A stretch of DNA of 50,307 nt from the NCBI GenBank assembly GCA_021789225.1, contig JAJYJQ010000002.1, positions 1 to 50,307 of the forward strand. Reading direction: 5' to 3'. This document shows, piece after piece, positions 36,616 to 45,485 of this stretch. Below the pieces are notes generated by a model, which searched no databases, was not told the DNA's origin, and worked only from the letters and a program-made list of their open reading frames with translations. Origin of the DNA: a bacterium (GTDB taxonomy: Bacteria; Patescibacteriota; Minisyncoccia; Phycocordibacterales; Phycocordibacteraceae). Every line of letters begins with the position of its first letter. Position 1 is the stretch's first letter. The position numbers and the translations under genes were made by a program.

Positions 36616-37695
36616 ATGCACATGCGGACACGAAGTGGGACTCGACCAGATATCTATACGATCGGCCATTCCAATCGATCGCTGCGAGAGTTCGTAGCCT
36701 TGCTTACGGCGCATGGCATCGGGCAGATCATAGATGTGCGCACCGTCCCACGGTCGCGACATAATCCGCAATTCAATGAGAAGCGTCTTGCGTTATCGCT
36801 AAAGAAGCACAACATTCGTTACGTGCGTCTAGAATCGCTTGGCGGATTCCGCCACGCGAAGAAGGATTCGAAAAACACGGGGTGGCGGAACCTCTCGTTC
36901 CGAGGATTTGCCGATTACATGGCAACGGAAGAATTTAATGAGGGTCTTGCCACACTCGAGTCGCTCGCGAGGAAGCGTAGGAGCGCTGTCATGTGCGCCG
37001 AGGCGCTGCCATGGCGCTGCCACCGGTCGCTGATTGCTGACGCGCTCACCAAGCGCCGCTGGGACGTCTTTACTATTATGAGCCCTTCGAATGCGCCGAA
37101 GCACAAGCTGACGCCCTTCTTGAAGGTGAAGAACGGCGTGCTTACGTATCCGGCCGAAAAGCAAAATACAGGCATGATTCGGTACCGATACAAAGGAGCG
37201 AAATTGCTGTTCGTGGGCATCAATCCGCACCACGGATCGTACGCGCGCGGCATACCGTTCTCGAACAACAAACTGTTCTGGTACCTGCTTGCGCATTCGG
37301 GTATCTTGCCCGAATCGCGTGACGAACTGCGCGACGATAACATACTGCGGCGTGTGTATCGTTCTCGTTTCGGCGGTGGCGAGGGGCTTGGATTCGTCAA
37401 TATGGTGGACCGTCCATCTCATGACGTGACTGAGCTTAAACCTGGCGAGGAAATACGCGGACGATCGCGACTGCTGCGTGCCATCAGAAACGAGTGTCCG
37501 AGAGTCGTATGCTTTATCGGGAAGATCGCGTACGAGAAATTCAGCGGCTCAAAAGCATTCGACTTTGGCTGGCAAGCAAATATCGGCGACTCGCGCGTCT
37601 TCGTCATGCATTTCCCGCAACATGGTCCGGCAGCCGTGCGCGTCCGGGAACTACGAATTGCGGCGAAAGCTGCACGAATACCGCTATACAGATAG
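36616..37695 (+). CDS. DUF488 domain fused to a Mug-type (family 2) uracil/mismatch DNA glycosylase
   Basis: N-terminal half: IYTIGHSNRSLREFVALL...DVR..P.S...AVMCAEALPWRCHRSLIADAL (DUF488). C-terminal half: LLFVGINPHHGSYARGIPFSNNKLFWYLL, GFVNMVDRPS, IGKIAYEKF, VFVMHFP (colinear with E. coli Mug). Confidence 0.8.
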   Translation: MHMRTRSGTRPDIYTIGHSNRSLREFVALLTAHGIGQIIDVRTVPRSRHNPQFNEKRLALSLKKHNIRYVRLESLGGFRHAKKDSKNTGWRNLSFRGFADYMATEEFNEGLATLESLARKRRSAVMCAEALPWRCHRSLIADALTKRRWDVFTIMSPSNAPKHKLTPFLKVKNGVLTYPAEKQNTGMIRYRYKGAKLLFVGINPHHGSYARGIPFSNNKLFWYLLAHSGILPESRDELRDDNILRRVYRSRFGGGEGLGFVNMVDRPSHDVTELKPGEEIRGRSRLLRAIRNECPRVVCFIGKIAYEKFSGSKAFDFGWQANIGDSRVFVMHFPQHGPAAVRVRELRIAAKAARIPLYR

Positions 37696-37740
37696 ACACC
37701 CCTTCAGCACCAACAACGTGTGTTTGATAAAATAACGCGT

Positions 37741-38328
37741 ATGAGCTACAGCACCGTTATTCTGGCGAGTTGGGGATTGTTCATGCTTGTGTGGGCTGTC
37801 GGCGCGTTCAATGTGAAGCGCGACATCGCGGGCGGCGCACAGTGGCGCTATGTGGCATTTCGTCTCGTTGGTGTGGTACTCGTCGTGTTTGCGGTGACGC
37901 GCATCTTGACCGGCGCGGCGCGTTACACAAAAGCCGGTGCGGTGCTTGGCACGGGTCTGTTTACTCCGCCGCTCGCGCTCGGCTGGGGTGGGGCGGCGCT
38001 CACGGTGCTCGGCGTGCTTTTTGCGATCTGGGCGCGCGTGCACCTCGGCCGCAACTGGAGCTCGGTGCCCTCCGCCAAAGAAGGCCACGAGCTTGTGACA
38101 AGCGGGCCATACCGCTTCGTGCGCCACCCCATCTACACGGGCGTTATCCTTGCGACCTTCGGCGCGGCTCTTTCCGGCAGCGTCTTCGGTATCGGCATCT
38201 TTCTCATCGCTGCTGTAGTGACCTCGCGGCGCATCTCCATCGAGGAACGCATCATGTGCGACCTCTTTCCGGACACCTATCCCGCATACCAAGCACGCAC
38301 GAAGAAGCTCATCCCGTTCGTGTGGTGA
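37741..38328 (+). CDS. isoprenylcysteine carboxyl methyltransferase (ICMT)/phospholipid methyltransferase family membrane protein
   Basis: LVTSGPYRFVRHPIYTGVILATFG motif and multiple TM helices. Confidence 0.75.
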   Translation: MSYSTVILASWGLFMLVWAVGAFNVKRDIAGGAQWRYVAFRLVGVVLVVFAVTRILTGAARYTKAGAVLGTGLFTPPLALGWGGAALTVLGVLFAIWARVHLGRNWSSVPSAKEGHELVTSGPYRFVRHPIYTGVILATFGAALSGSVFGIGIFLIAAVVTSRRISIEERIMCDLFPDTYPAYQARTKKLIPFVW

Positions 38329-38342
38329 TATGGCCGCAGCGT

Positions 38343-38708
38343 ATGGATGACTACACGGCAGACGATGTGCAGGAAGCGCTTCGACCAATAGCTTCACTTA
38401 TCAGTAAATCTGAAAAGGCACAGCAGAAACTGGCTCCGGGAACATGGCAGCACACGATGCTGGGAGACAATCTCAGGGCGCTACGCATTGCATCTGCCCT
38501 GATGGACAAGGAAACGGGCGATGCGGATACCTTCACGCGGGATGACGTGCGAGCAGCTCTCCGCGCGTTTGCTTCGATGCTGCGCAAGACCGAGGAAGCT
38601 CAGGCAAAATTCTCGCCGGGAACTTCCCAATACACGCTGCTGCGAAATAGGCTCAAGGCGTTGCGTGTCGCTTTGTCCCTGCTAGAGAGAAAAGGGACCG
38701 AGGGCTGA
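38343..38708 (+). CDS. hypothetical protein built from two tandem ~55-aa repeats
   Basis: DDVQEALRPIASLISKSEKAQQKLAPGTWQHTMLGDNLRALRIASALMDKE aligns with DDVRAALRAFASMLRKTEEAQAKFSPGTSQYTLLRNRLKALRVALSLLERK. Confidence 0.55.
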   Translation: MDDYTADDVQEALRPIASLISKSEKAQQKLAPGTWQHTMLGDNLRALRIASALMDKETGDADTFTRDDVRAALRAFASMLRKTEEAQAKFSPGTSQYTLLRNRLKALRVALSLLERKGTEG

Positions 38709-38740
38709 AAGTCACTGGGCCATCATGCTAAGCTGGGCTC

Positions 38741-39320
38741 ATGGTTGAAAACACAAGTTGCATAATCGTGCATGGTTGTCCGTCGGATGCGGAAAAGGCC
38801 ATGAACCCCGAGACGCGTACCTACGATAAGCACTGGCTCCCGTGGTTGAAAAGGAATCTCGTTGCTGCCGGGATAAAAACGGAAACGCCGCTTATGCCCG
38901 AGCCGTGGGCGCCAGACTACCAGAAGTTTAAGTCGGAATTTGAAAAACTTGAGGTCGATGAGAATACGATCTTGGTCGGGCACAGCTGTGGCTCTGCCTT
39001 TCTTGTTCGTTGGTTAGGAGAAACGAAGAAAAAGATTGCTAAGCTCATCTTAGTCGCTCCGTGGAAGATTCCAGATGAAGGGGACGATCTCAGGCAAGCG
39101 TTTTACCTGTACCCGATTGACGAAGACATAAAATCGAGAGTCGGAAGGATTGTAATGTTCACTGCCGATGATGAGGAAGACGAAGGGAAAGAAAGTCTGA
39201 GAATCTTTCACGACGTGCTGGGTGGGGGAGGTTATCGAGCTCAAAGGACACGGACATTACACGTTCACCGATATGAGAACGGAGGAATTTCCAGAGTTGT
39301 TGGATGTGGTCCTGAATTGA
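38741..39320 (+). pseudogene. RBBP9/YdeN-type alpha/beta serine hydrolase, frameshifted at a G5 run
   Basis: GHSCG nucleophile elbow. After GGGGG (39224-39228) the conserved tail EVIELKGHGHYTFTDMRTEEFPELLDVVLN*, which includes the catalytic-His motif, continues in the +1 frame to TGA 39318-39320. Confidence 0.7.
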
Positions 39321-39435
39321 CTCGCATTGAAAGCAACGGCGATTCTCGGGTAAAGGCAAGCAGCGCAGGCGTTCTTCATCGGTATCTCAACGGGCCGGCG
39401 CTATGGTGGTGCGATACCCATAACACTCCCGGCGT

Positions 39436-39834
39436 ATGAGCAATCGACCTATACATTTCGAGATTCAAGCCGATGATGTCGATCGGGCGAAGAAATTCTA
39501 TGAGGATGCGCTCGGGTGGACGATAGAAAAGGCGCAGATGTCTGGTGACGGCATGGACTATTGGATGATCATGACCGGCGAAGGTCCCGGCATTAACGGC
39601 GGGCTGTATAATCGAGCGGACAACGAACGAAAATTTCAGAGCTTCGATTGCACCATTTTGGTCGATGATATTGATTCCGTGATTGCTGCCATTAAGGCGA
39701 ACGGCGGCGAAATCCAACCGTGGGAAGGAAAAGAGAAGTGGGAGATGAAGGGGCTGGGGTGGTTCTCGCGCGCGCAAGACACTGAAGGGAATGTGTTCGG
39801 CCTTCTGCAGGCGACCGAGTGGAAGCCGGGCTGA
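39436..39834 (+). CDS. VOC (glyoxalase/bleomycin-resistance) family protein
   Basis: IHFEIQADDVDRAKKFYEDALGW ... GWFSRAQDTEGNVFGLLQ. Confidence 0.75.
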   Translation: MSNRPIHFEIQADDVDRAKKFYEDALGWTIEKAQMSGDGMDYWMIMTGEGPGINGGLYNRADNERKFQSFDCTILVDDIDSVIAAIKANGGEIQPWEGKEKWEMKGLGWFSRAQDTEGNVFGLLQATEWKPG

Positions 39835-39959
39835 GCGCTCTCTCGGCTACTTGTGGCCACTGTAATCTCAGCAGGGATTCGCTTCGGCGGATCCCTTGGT
39901 TTTTCAAGGAGCGGTATCGGGTATAATGAACCCACTATTTATTGATTCAGAGAGACAGT

Positions 39960-40271
39960 ATGAACGGATTTATTGATTTTATGAGGTCGAAGGGGATCGT
40001 CGGCTTGGCGACCGGTTTCATCTTGGGCGGTGGTATCTCAAAAATCACCGCGTCCTTGTCGAACGACATCATCAACCCGCTCGTGGGTGCGGCATTGCCA
40101 GGAGTGACAGGCGATCTTTCAAATGGAATGATCACCGTGCACGGTGCGAAGGTGATGTGGGGAAGTTTCGCGATAAACGTAATTGATTTCCTCATGATCG
40201 CGCTCGTCGTGTACTTTGCAGTGAAGAGGTTTGGTCTTGAGCGGTTGGATAAGAAAGAAGACGCTCAGTAG
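39960..40271 (+). CDS. mscL: large-conductance mechanosensitive channel
   Basis: MNGFIDFMRSKGIVGLATGFILGG...DIINPLVG...NVIDFLMIALVVYF. TATAAT at 39922-39927. Confidence 0.9.
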   Translation: MNGFIDFMRSKGIVGLATGFILGGGISKITASLSNDIINPLVGAALPGVTGDLSNGMITVHGAKVMWGSFAINVIDFLMIALVVYFAVKRFGLERLDKKEDAQ

Positions 40272-40286
40272 GCCCGGATCTTCCGT

Positions 40287-41495
40287 ATGTTCCTCTTTCC
40301 CACACGCGAGCGGTATCGCGCCATCGACGATAATTACAAGCTCGCGCTCGTGCGCCTGGTCTTCTCCTTCGGGACATCGGCCGTGGGGACCGTGTGGAGC
40401 TTGTACATGCACGCGATCGGTTTCTCTGATTCGACGGTCGGGTACATCACGGGTGGGGCAGTATTCCTCTCCCTCGTACTCACGCTTGCGAGCACGCCGA
40501 TACTGGAGTTCTTTCAGGCGCGTCGGCTGCTGATTTTTAGCCTGTTACTGTATACCGTGTCCTATGTGCTCGCCGGGCTCTCGACGAGCAAGGTGCTCTT
40601 CGTGCTCGTGGCGGTTGGCACCGCGATAGCGGTCGCGATCCGGACCGAGAGCTTCGCCATCCTCTTCCGAGACACGACCTCACGCGAGAAGCTTTCGCAG
40701 CGCGAGGGGCTTATGTATGCGCTGGTGAACTTGGGGTGGCTCGTCACGCCGGTATTCGCCGGCTTTTTGCTTGCGCGGTATGGGTTCCCGGTCGTCTTCT
40801 TCTTAAGTGCAGCCATGTTTTTCGTCTCGATGCTGATGCTAGTGTTCAGCGACATGCTGCGCGCACGAAAAACGTTCAGCAGTATCGATACGGATCCGTT
40901 CGTGAGTATCAAGACCTATCTGGCGCGGAGAGAGATGTGGTATCCCTATGCGGTCAAATTCGGTCTTAATGCTGCAAGCGGATTTGTCCTCGTCTACCTG
41001 CCGATTTTCCTCGTCGAGCGCGGCGCGTCGCCCGCGTATATCGGCGCGATGATCAGCATCATGGCTGCCGTGCATGTCCTCTTTGATTTCAAGATTGGCA
41101 AGATTGCCAGGCCACAACAGTTCAAATCGTTCTTCGTGTTCGGATTCGTCTCAAGTGCGGTGTTGCTGGTGTGGGCAAGTTTCATCCAGAATCCGGACGT
41201 GCTCTTGGCGGTGGTGCCGCTCGCGGGCGTCGCGACCCTCTTCGTCGAGCCGTTGCAGGATACATTCTTCTTCTCGCTCATAGAGAAAAGCGAGGACGAG
41301 GAGCGGCTGTATCCGGTGTATAGCACGGCGGCGCAGTTGGGCGGCTTCGTCGCGAAGGTGCTTGCGGCGACGGTGCTGCTCTTCGCGTCGGAACAATTCG
41401 CATATATTGCCATCGCGCTTGTGCTTTTTGCGATTGCAGGTATCGTGGCGCGCATGCGCACCCAGGAAGTGCTCGTGCCGGCGGCTGTCCGCTAA
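40287..41495 (+). CDS. MFS-type transporter
   Basis: 402 aa with about 12 TM segments. Lies directly upstream of the panD triad. Confidence 0.65.
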   Translation: MFLFPTRERYRAIDDNYKLALVRLVFSFGTSAVGTVWSLYMHAIGFSDSTVGYITGGAVFLSLVLTLASTPILEFFQARRLLIFSLLLYTVSYVLAGLSTSKVLFVLVAVGTAIAVAIRTESFAILFRDTTSREKLSQREGLMYALVNLGWLVTPVFAGFLLARYGFPVVFFLSAAMFFVSMLMLVFSDMLRARKTFSSIDTDPFVSIKTYLARREMWYPYAVKFGLNAASGFVLVYLPIFLVERGASPAYIGAMISIMAAVHVLFDFKIGKIARPQQFKSFFVFGFVSSAVLLVWASFIQNPDVLLAVVPLAGVATLFVEPLQDTFFFSLIEKSEDEERLYPVYSTAAQLGGFVAKVLAATVLLFASEQFAYIAIALVLFAIAGIVARMRTQEVLVPAAVR

Positions 41496-41567
41496 GCTCG
41501 CGCAATCGGCGAGCTCGCGCGTTCATGAATCTTTCACGATGTGGGTGCGTATCATCACGGTACGCAT

Positions 41568-41960
41568 ATGCAGATACTCGCGTGTACCGCAAAGATTCAC
41601 CGGGCGACCGTCACCGAGGCGGACTTGAACTACGTCGGCTCCATTACTATCGATGAAGCGCTCCTGGAGGCGAGCGGCATCCGGCCTTTCCAGATGGTGC
41701 AGATCACGAACGTAGCGAACGGCACGCGCTGGCGCACGTATGCCATCGCCGGCAAGCGAGGGAGCGGAGACATGTGCTTGAACGGTCCGCCCGCGCGTCA
41801 TTTCCAGAAGGGAGATGTGATCATCGTGCTCGCGGAGGCGCTGGTCGATCCTTCGGAATTCGCCGCTATGAGTCCGGTCGTGGTGTTTGTCGATGAGCAC
41901 AACCATGTGACGACGGTGCAAAGACACCGCGCGATACCGATTCGCGCGACACGCGCATGA
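41568..41960 (+). CDS. panD: aspartate 1-decarboxylase (pyruvoyl-dependent)
   Basis: KIHRATVTEADLNYVGSITIDE includes the Gly-Ser self-cleavage site. GDVIIVLA is also present. Confidence 0.9.
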   Translation: MQILACTAKIHRATVTEADLNYVGSITIDEALLEASGIRPFQMVQITNVANGTRWRTYAIAGKRGSGDMCLNGPPARHFQKGDVIIVLAEALVDPSEFAAMSPVVVFVDEHNHVTTVQRHRAIPIRATRA

Positions 41961-42946
41961 ATACGTCTGCCGTATTTACGGGCCCGAACGCACTTGCGAC
42001 GTTTCTGCAACCAGAAGCGAACGCGCCGACGCCGCTCGTGGAGCTTCCGCGTACATTGAATGCATTCGCGCACGAGGGCGTGCGCATCTTCGCGAAGCTC
42101 GCGTACCTTTCGCCGCTCTTCACGAGCAAACAGCTCGCGGCGCGCCACCTCCTGCAGCGTGCGAAAGACGAGGGGCGCTTGAACGGCGTGCACACGCTCG
42201 TCGAGAATTCGTCGGGGAACATGGCAGCGAGTCTCATCGTGCTCGCGCGGCAGTTCGGCATCTCGCGCGTGGTCGTGGTGGTGCCGCGCGATATTGCGCC
42301 GGGGAAGCTTGAATTGCTGCGCGTGCTTGGTGCGGACATCGAATTTCATACGGCAGCATCAGGGAGTGAGAGCGGCGTGGCGCACGCGCAGAAGCTCGGC
42401 CGGCAGCGCGGGTGGCTCAACCTCGGGCAGTACCAGAACGAGGCGAACCCGGAAGCGTATGAGCGCTATCTGGCGCCGCAGGTGTGGGAGCAGACGGGCG
42501 GGAAGCTCTCGGTCTTTTGTGCGGGGCTTGGTACCACGGGCACGCTCCTGGGGTCGAGGCGGTATTTGAAAGAGCGGTCGCCTGCGATAGCGGTCCTGGG
42601 TGTCGTGCCGCGCCATGACGCGGTGCCGGGCGTGCGGAGCGCGCGCCGCCTCGAAGAGGTCGCGTTCGCGTGGGAAGACGCGATCGATCATCGTATCGAG
42701 GTGGAGCCGAAAGAGGCATTCAAGGCGAGCCTTGCGCTCTGCCGCTCTGGCATCCTCGCGGGGCCGAGTTCGGGCATGGCGCTCGCTGGGCTTCGGGAGA
42801 TGCTTGCGGCGCACAAGGTGGCGGGCACGCTCGATACGTTTCGCAATGCGGCGGGCGAGGTGGTCGCCGCGTTCGTGTGCCCGGACTCGGCCCTCTTGTA
42901 TTTGGAAAAATATTCGACGCACCTCGACCCGGAGGATTTCCAATGA
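41957..42946 (+). CDS. PLP-dependent beta-substituting enzyme of the cysteine synthase/SbnA (fold type II) family, divergent
   Basis: TPLVEL, a Lys in SPLFTSKQLAA at the position of the canonical S-x-K-D-R motif, ENSSGNMAASL, GLGTTGTLLG, AGPSSGMAL. ATGA overlap with panD. Confidence 0.7.
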   Translation: MNTSAVFTGPNALATFLQPEANAPTPLVELPRTLNAFAHEGVRIFAKLAYLSPLFTSKQLAARHLLQRAKDEGRLNGVHTLVENSSGNMAASLIVLARQFGISRVVVVVPRDIAPGKLELLRVLGADIEFHTAASGSESGVAHAQKLGRQRGWLNLGQYQNEANPEAYERYLAPQVWEQTGGKLSVFCAGLGTTGTLLGSRRYLKERSPAIAVLGVVPRHDAVPGVRSARRLEEVAFAWEDAIDHRIEVEPKEAFKASLALCRSGILAGPSSGMALAGLREMLAAHKVAGTLDTFRNAAGEVVAAFVCPDSALLYLEKYSTHLDPEDFQ

Positions 42947-43665
42947 GTATGTCCTCGACAATTTTCACCCCGAATGGTTCGCGTGCGCTCGCGATGCGTG
43001 TGGGCGGCGTTTCTTATCTCCGGCTTCCGGTACGCACGCGCCGCATCACAGAGCAAGACGACCTTTTCGCATTGCTCGGGGAGTATGTCGCGCCGCACGT
43101 GGAGTCGGGGGATGTCATTTTCGTAAGTGAGAAGGCGGTCGCGCTCACGCAGGGGCGGGTGGTGCGCATTAACGCGGTGCAGGTTTCAGCGCTTGCGCGC
43201 ATCCTCTCGGGCCACGTGCGCAATCATGTGGGGACGGCGCAGTTCCGCGGCTTCGGGCATGGCACGGCGCCTGCGATGCAGCTCGTGATCGAGGAGGCGG
43301 GCGTGCTGCGCGTTTTGGTTGCGGCGACCGTCGCGGCGGTGACACGACCGTTCGGTATCCACGGCGCGTTCTATGTGCTCGTGGGGAAGCGCGCGAAGTC
43401 AGTGGACTGCCCGATGTCGTTTGATATCGAGCCGTACACCGCGTATGCGAAGCGGCCGCCACTCGACCCACGCGGCGTGGCAAAAAAGATTCACTCGGTG
43501 CTCGGCGTGGAGGCGGTGGTCGTGGACGCAAATTATCTGGGCGCGTTCTCGCTGGGGAAGTCGAGCGCGCGTATCACCGAGCGGTTCATCCGCGCCGTGC
43601 TCAAAGATAACCCGGCCGGCCAAGCCGACGAGATGACGCCGTTCCTTATCATCCGGAAGGAGTAG
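42943..43665 (+). CDS. CofE-like (F420-0:gamma-glutamyl ligase family) amide ligase
   Basis: GDVIFVSEKAVALTQGR ... VVVDANYLG ... LKDNPAGQADEMTPFLIIR. This order and spacing are as in the PF01996-type family. ATGA overlap with the upstream gene. Confidence 0.6.
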   Translation: MSMSSTIFTPNGSRALAMRVGGVSYLRLPVRTRRITEQDDLFALLGEYVAPHVESGDVIFVSEKAVALTQGRVVRINAVQVSALARILSGHVRNHVGTAQFRGFGHGTAPAMQLVIEEAGVLRVLVAATVAAVTRPFGIHGAFYVLVGKRAKSVDCPMSFDIEPYTAYAKRPPLDPRGVAKKIHSVLGVEAVVVDANYLGAFSLGKSSARITERFIRAVLKDNPAGQADEMTPFLIIRKE

Positions 43666-43738
43666 AGGTATGAAGAGGGCGGCAGGTTGTGCGTTGCTCA
43701 CCAGCGCTCACTCGCCCAGCCGCTCTCCTGCGTGCGAA

Positions 43739-44389
43739 CTAATGCGCGAGGGCGAGCGGGATGATGCAGGTGGCGCCGGCGGCGGTGAGCGCGTCGATGG
43801 CAGCTTGCATGGTGGCGCCGGTGGTGACGACGTCGTCGAGGAGAAGGTAGGTGAGGGTGGGGTCGAGCGGGTGCGCGGCGCCGAAGGCGCCGCGCATGTT
43901 GCGGATACGCTCTTGCCGCGAGAGTGTCGTTTGCGAGACAGTGTCACGCGTGCGCACGAGAATGTCGGTCGCAAGCGAGAGATCGCTCTCGCGCAGGGCG
44001 CGCCGAGCGATTTCTTCTGCCTGGTTGTAGCCGCGCTCGGCGCGCCGCGCATTCGAGAGCGGAATCGGCGTGAGCACGGCGCGGCCGAACCCTTCCTCCG
44101 CCTGCCACTCCGTCAGGTAGTCCTGGAGCGCACTGCCCAAGAGCGAGAATGCGCGTTCGCTCCGATGGTATTTCGCTTCGTGCATGAGTGCGCGCACCTG
44201 CGGGTCGGCGAACGAGAGGAGGGCGGTCGCTTCGGGGCGGCACACGCGGATGAGCCGAGGCGAGCTGCGCGCAAGGAGCGTGTCTTCGGTGAACGCGCGC
44301 ACCTGCCGCTCATCCGGGCGCGGCGGGAAGAGTAGATCAAGCACGATGGTGGCGAGACGGCGCATAGCTTCATGATAAGATACTCGCAT
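43739..44389 (-). CDS. comF: ComF-family phosphoribosyltransferase-domain protein
   Basis: RGYNQAEEIAR and the PRTase motif LLLDDVVTTGATM. The N-terminal Cys-rich finger is absent. An alternative start is at 44365. Confidence 0.8.
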   Translation of the reverse strand: MRVSYHEAMRRLATIVLDLLFPPRPDERQVRAFTEDTLLARSSPRLIRVCRPEATALLSFADPQVRALMHEAKYHRSERAFSLLGSALQDYLTEWQAEEGFGRAVLTPIPLSNARRAERGYNQAEEIARRALRESDLSLATDILVRTRDTVSQTTLSRQERIRNMRGAFGAAHPLDPTLTYLLLDDVVTTGATMQAAIDALTAAGATCIIPLALAH

Positions 44390-45485
44390 GAGTTTCTTCT
44401 CGGATATGTTCGGGAAAAAGAGTCAGGCACACAGTGCGCTCGGCATCGATGTCGGCTCCTCTTCGCTCAAGGTGGTGCAGCTCCGGAAGGAACGCGGTGC
44501 GGTCGTGCTGGAGACGTACGGAGAGCTTGCACTCGGTCCCTATGGCGGCGTCGAGGTGGGGCAGGCGACCGACCTGCCGGCCGATGTCATCGCCAAGACG
44601 CTCACGGACCTCCTGCGCGAAGCGAACGTGACAACGAAAGACTGCGGCGTGTCGATCCCTTCCGCACGGTCGCTCCTCACCTTCGTTACACTGCCGCGCC
44701 GCGACAGCCCGGAGGAACAGAAGACGATCATCGAGCTTGAGGCGCGTAAGTACATCCCCGTGCCGGTTTCCGAAGTGCAGCTGGATTGGTTCACCTTGCC
44801 TCCGAGCACTGCAGCTGAAGAAGAATCGGCGACGCCGCCCGCGACGGTCGATGTGCTCCTCGTGGCGGTTCATAACAATGAAATCCAGCTGCTGAACGAA
44901 GTCGTCCGCCAGTCCGGGCTCGCGGCGACGTTCTTCGAAATCGAGATTTTCAGCACGATCCGCTCAGTGGTGGATGAACCGGTGAAGCCGGTGATGGTGA
45001 TTGATGTCGGCGCCGCATCTACGAAAGCGTACGTCGTGGAGCGTGGCGTGGTCGTGCTCTCGCACTCGATACCGCATGGCGGCCAAGACGTGACGCGCGC
45101 AGTCGCGACCTCGTCGGGCATCGACATTGCGCATGCGGAGCACGCCAAGAAAGAAAAGGGATTCTCGGATGGGGAGGGTGAGGCACGGGTCACGGCGACG
45201 GAAACGACGTTCTCCATCATCTTTGAAGAGGCGAAACGGGTCTTGTTCCAGTTCGAGCACGAGCACCATCGCTCCGTGTCGGTCATCGTGCTCACGGGCG
45301 GCGGCGGCGTCACGAAAGGGCTCGGCGAGTATGCGCAAAAATTCTTCTCCATCGAGACACGCGTCGCGGATCCTTTCGCAAAGACGCAAGCGCCCGCGTT
45401 CATTCGCCCGGTGCTCAAAGAGATCGGTCCGGAGTTCTCCGTGGCGGTCGGCGTCGCGCTCCGGAAGCTCGAGGAATTCGGCTAG
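44388..45485 (+). CDS. pilM: type IV pilus assembly protein PilM (actin-like ATPase)
   Basis: LGIDVGSSSLKVVQL..., VIDVGAASTKAYVV, VLTGGGGVTKGL. Confidence 0.85.
   Translation: MSFFSDMFGKKSQAHSALGIDVGSSSLKVVQLRKERGAVVLETYGELALGPYGGVEVGQATDLPADVIAKTLTDLLREANVTTKDCGVSIPSARSLLTFVTLPRRDSPEEQKTIIELEARKYIPVPVSEVQLDWFTLPPSTAAEEESATPPATVDVLLVAVHNNEIQLLNEVVRQSGLAATFFEIEIFSTIRSVVDEPVKPVMVIDVGAASTKAYVVERGVVVLSHSIPHGGQDVTRAVATSSGIDIAHAEHAKKEKGFSDGEGEARVTATETTFSIIFEEAKRVLFQFEHEHHRSVSVIVLTGGGGVTKGLGEYAQKFFSIETRVADPFAKTQAPAFIRPVLKEIGPEFSVAVGVALRKLEEFG

Noticed and set aside
37770-38342. N-terminal 191 aa of the 312-aa ORF 37770-38708
   Set aside because: This Arg/Gly/Cys-rich stretch overlaps the ICMT-family gene in another frame. 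Only the part from ATG 38343 looks like a protein.
39321-39439. Tail of ORF 38741-39439 overlapping the VOC gene start
   Set aside because: It is a product of the G5 frameshift. The conserved hydrolase C-terminus is in the +1 frame and stops at 39320.
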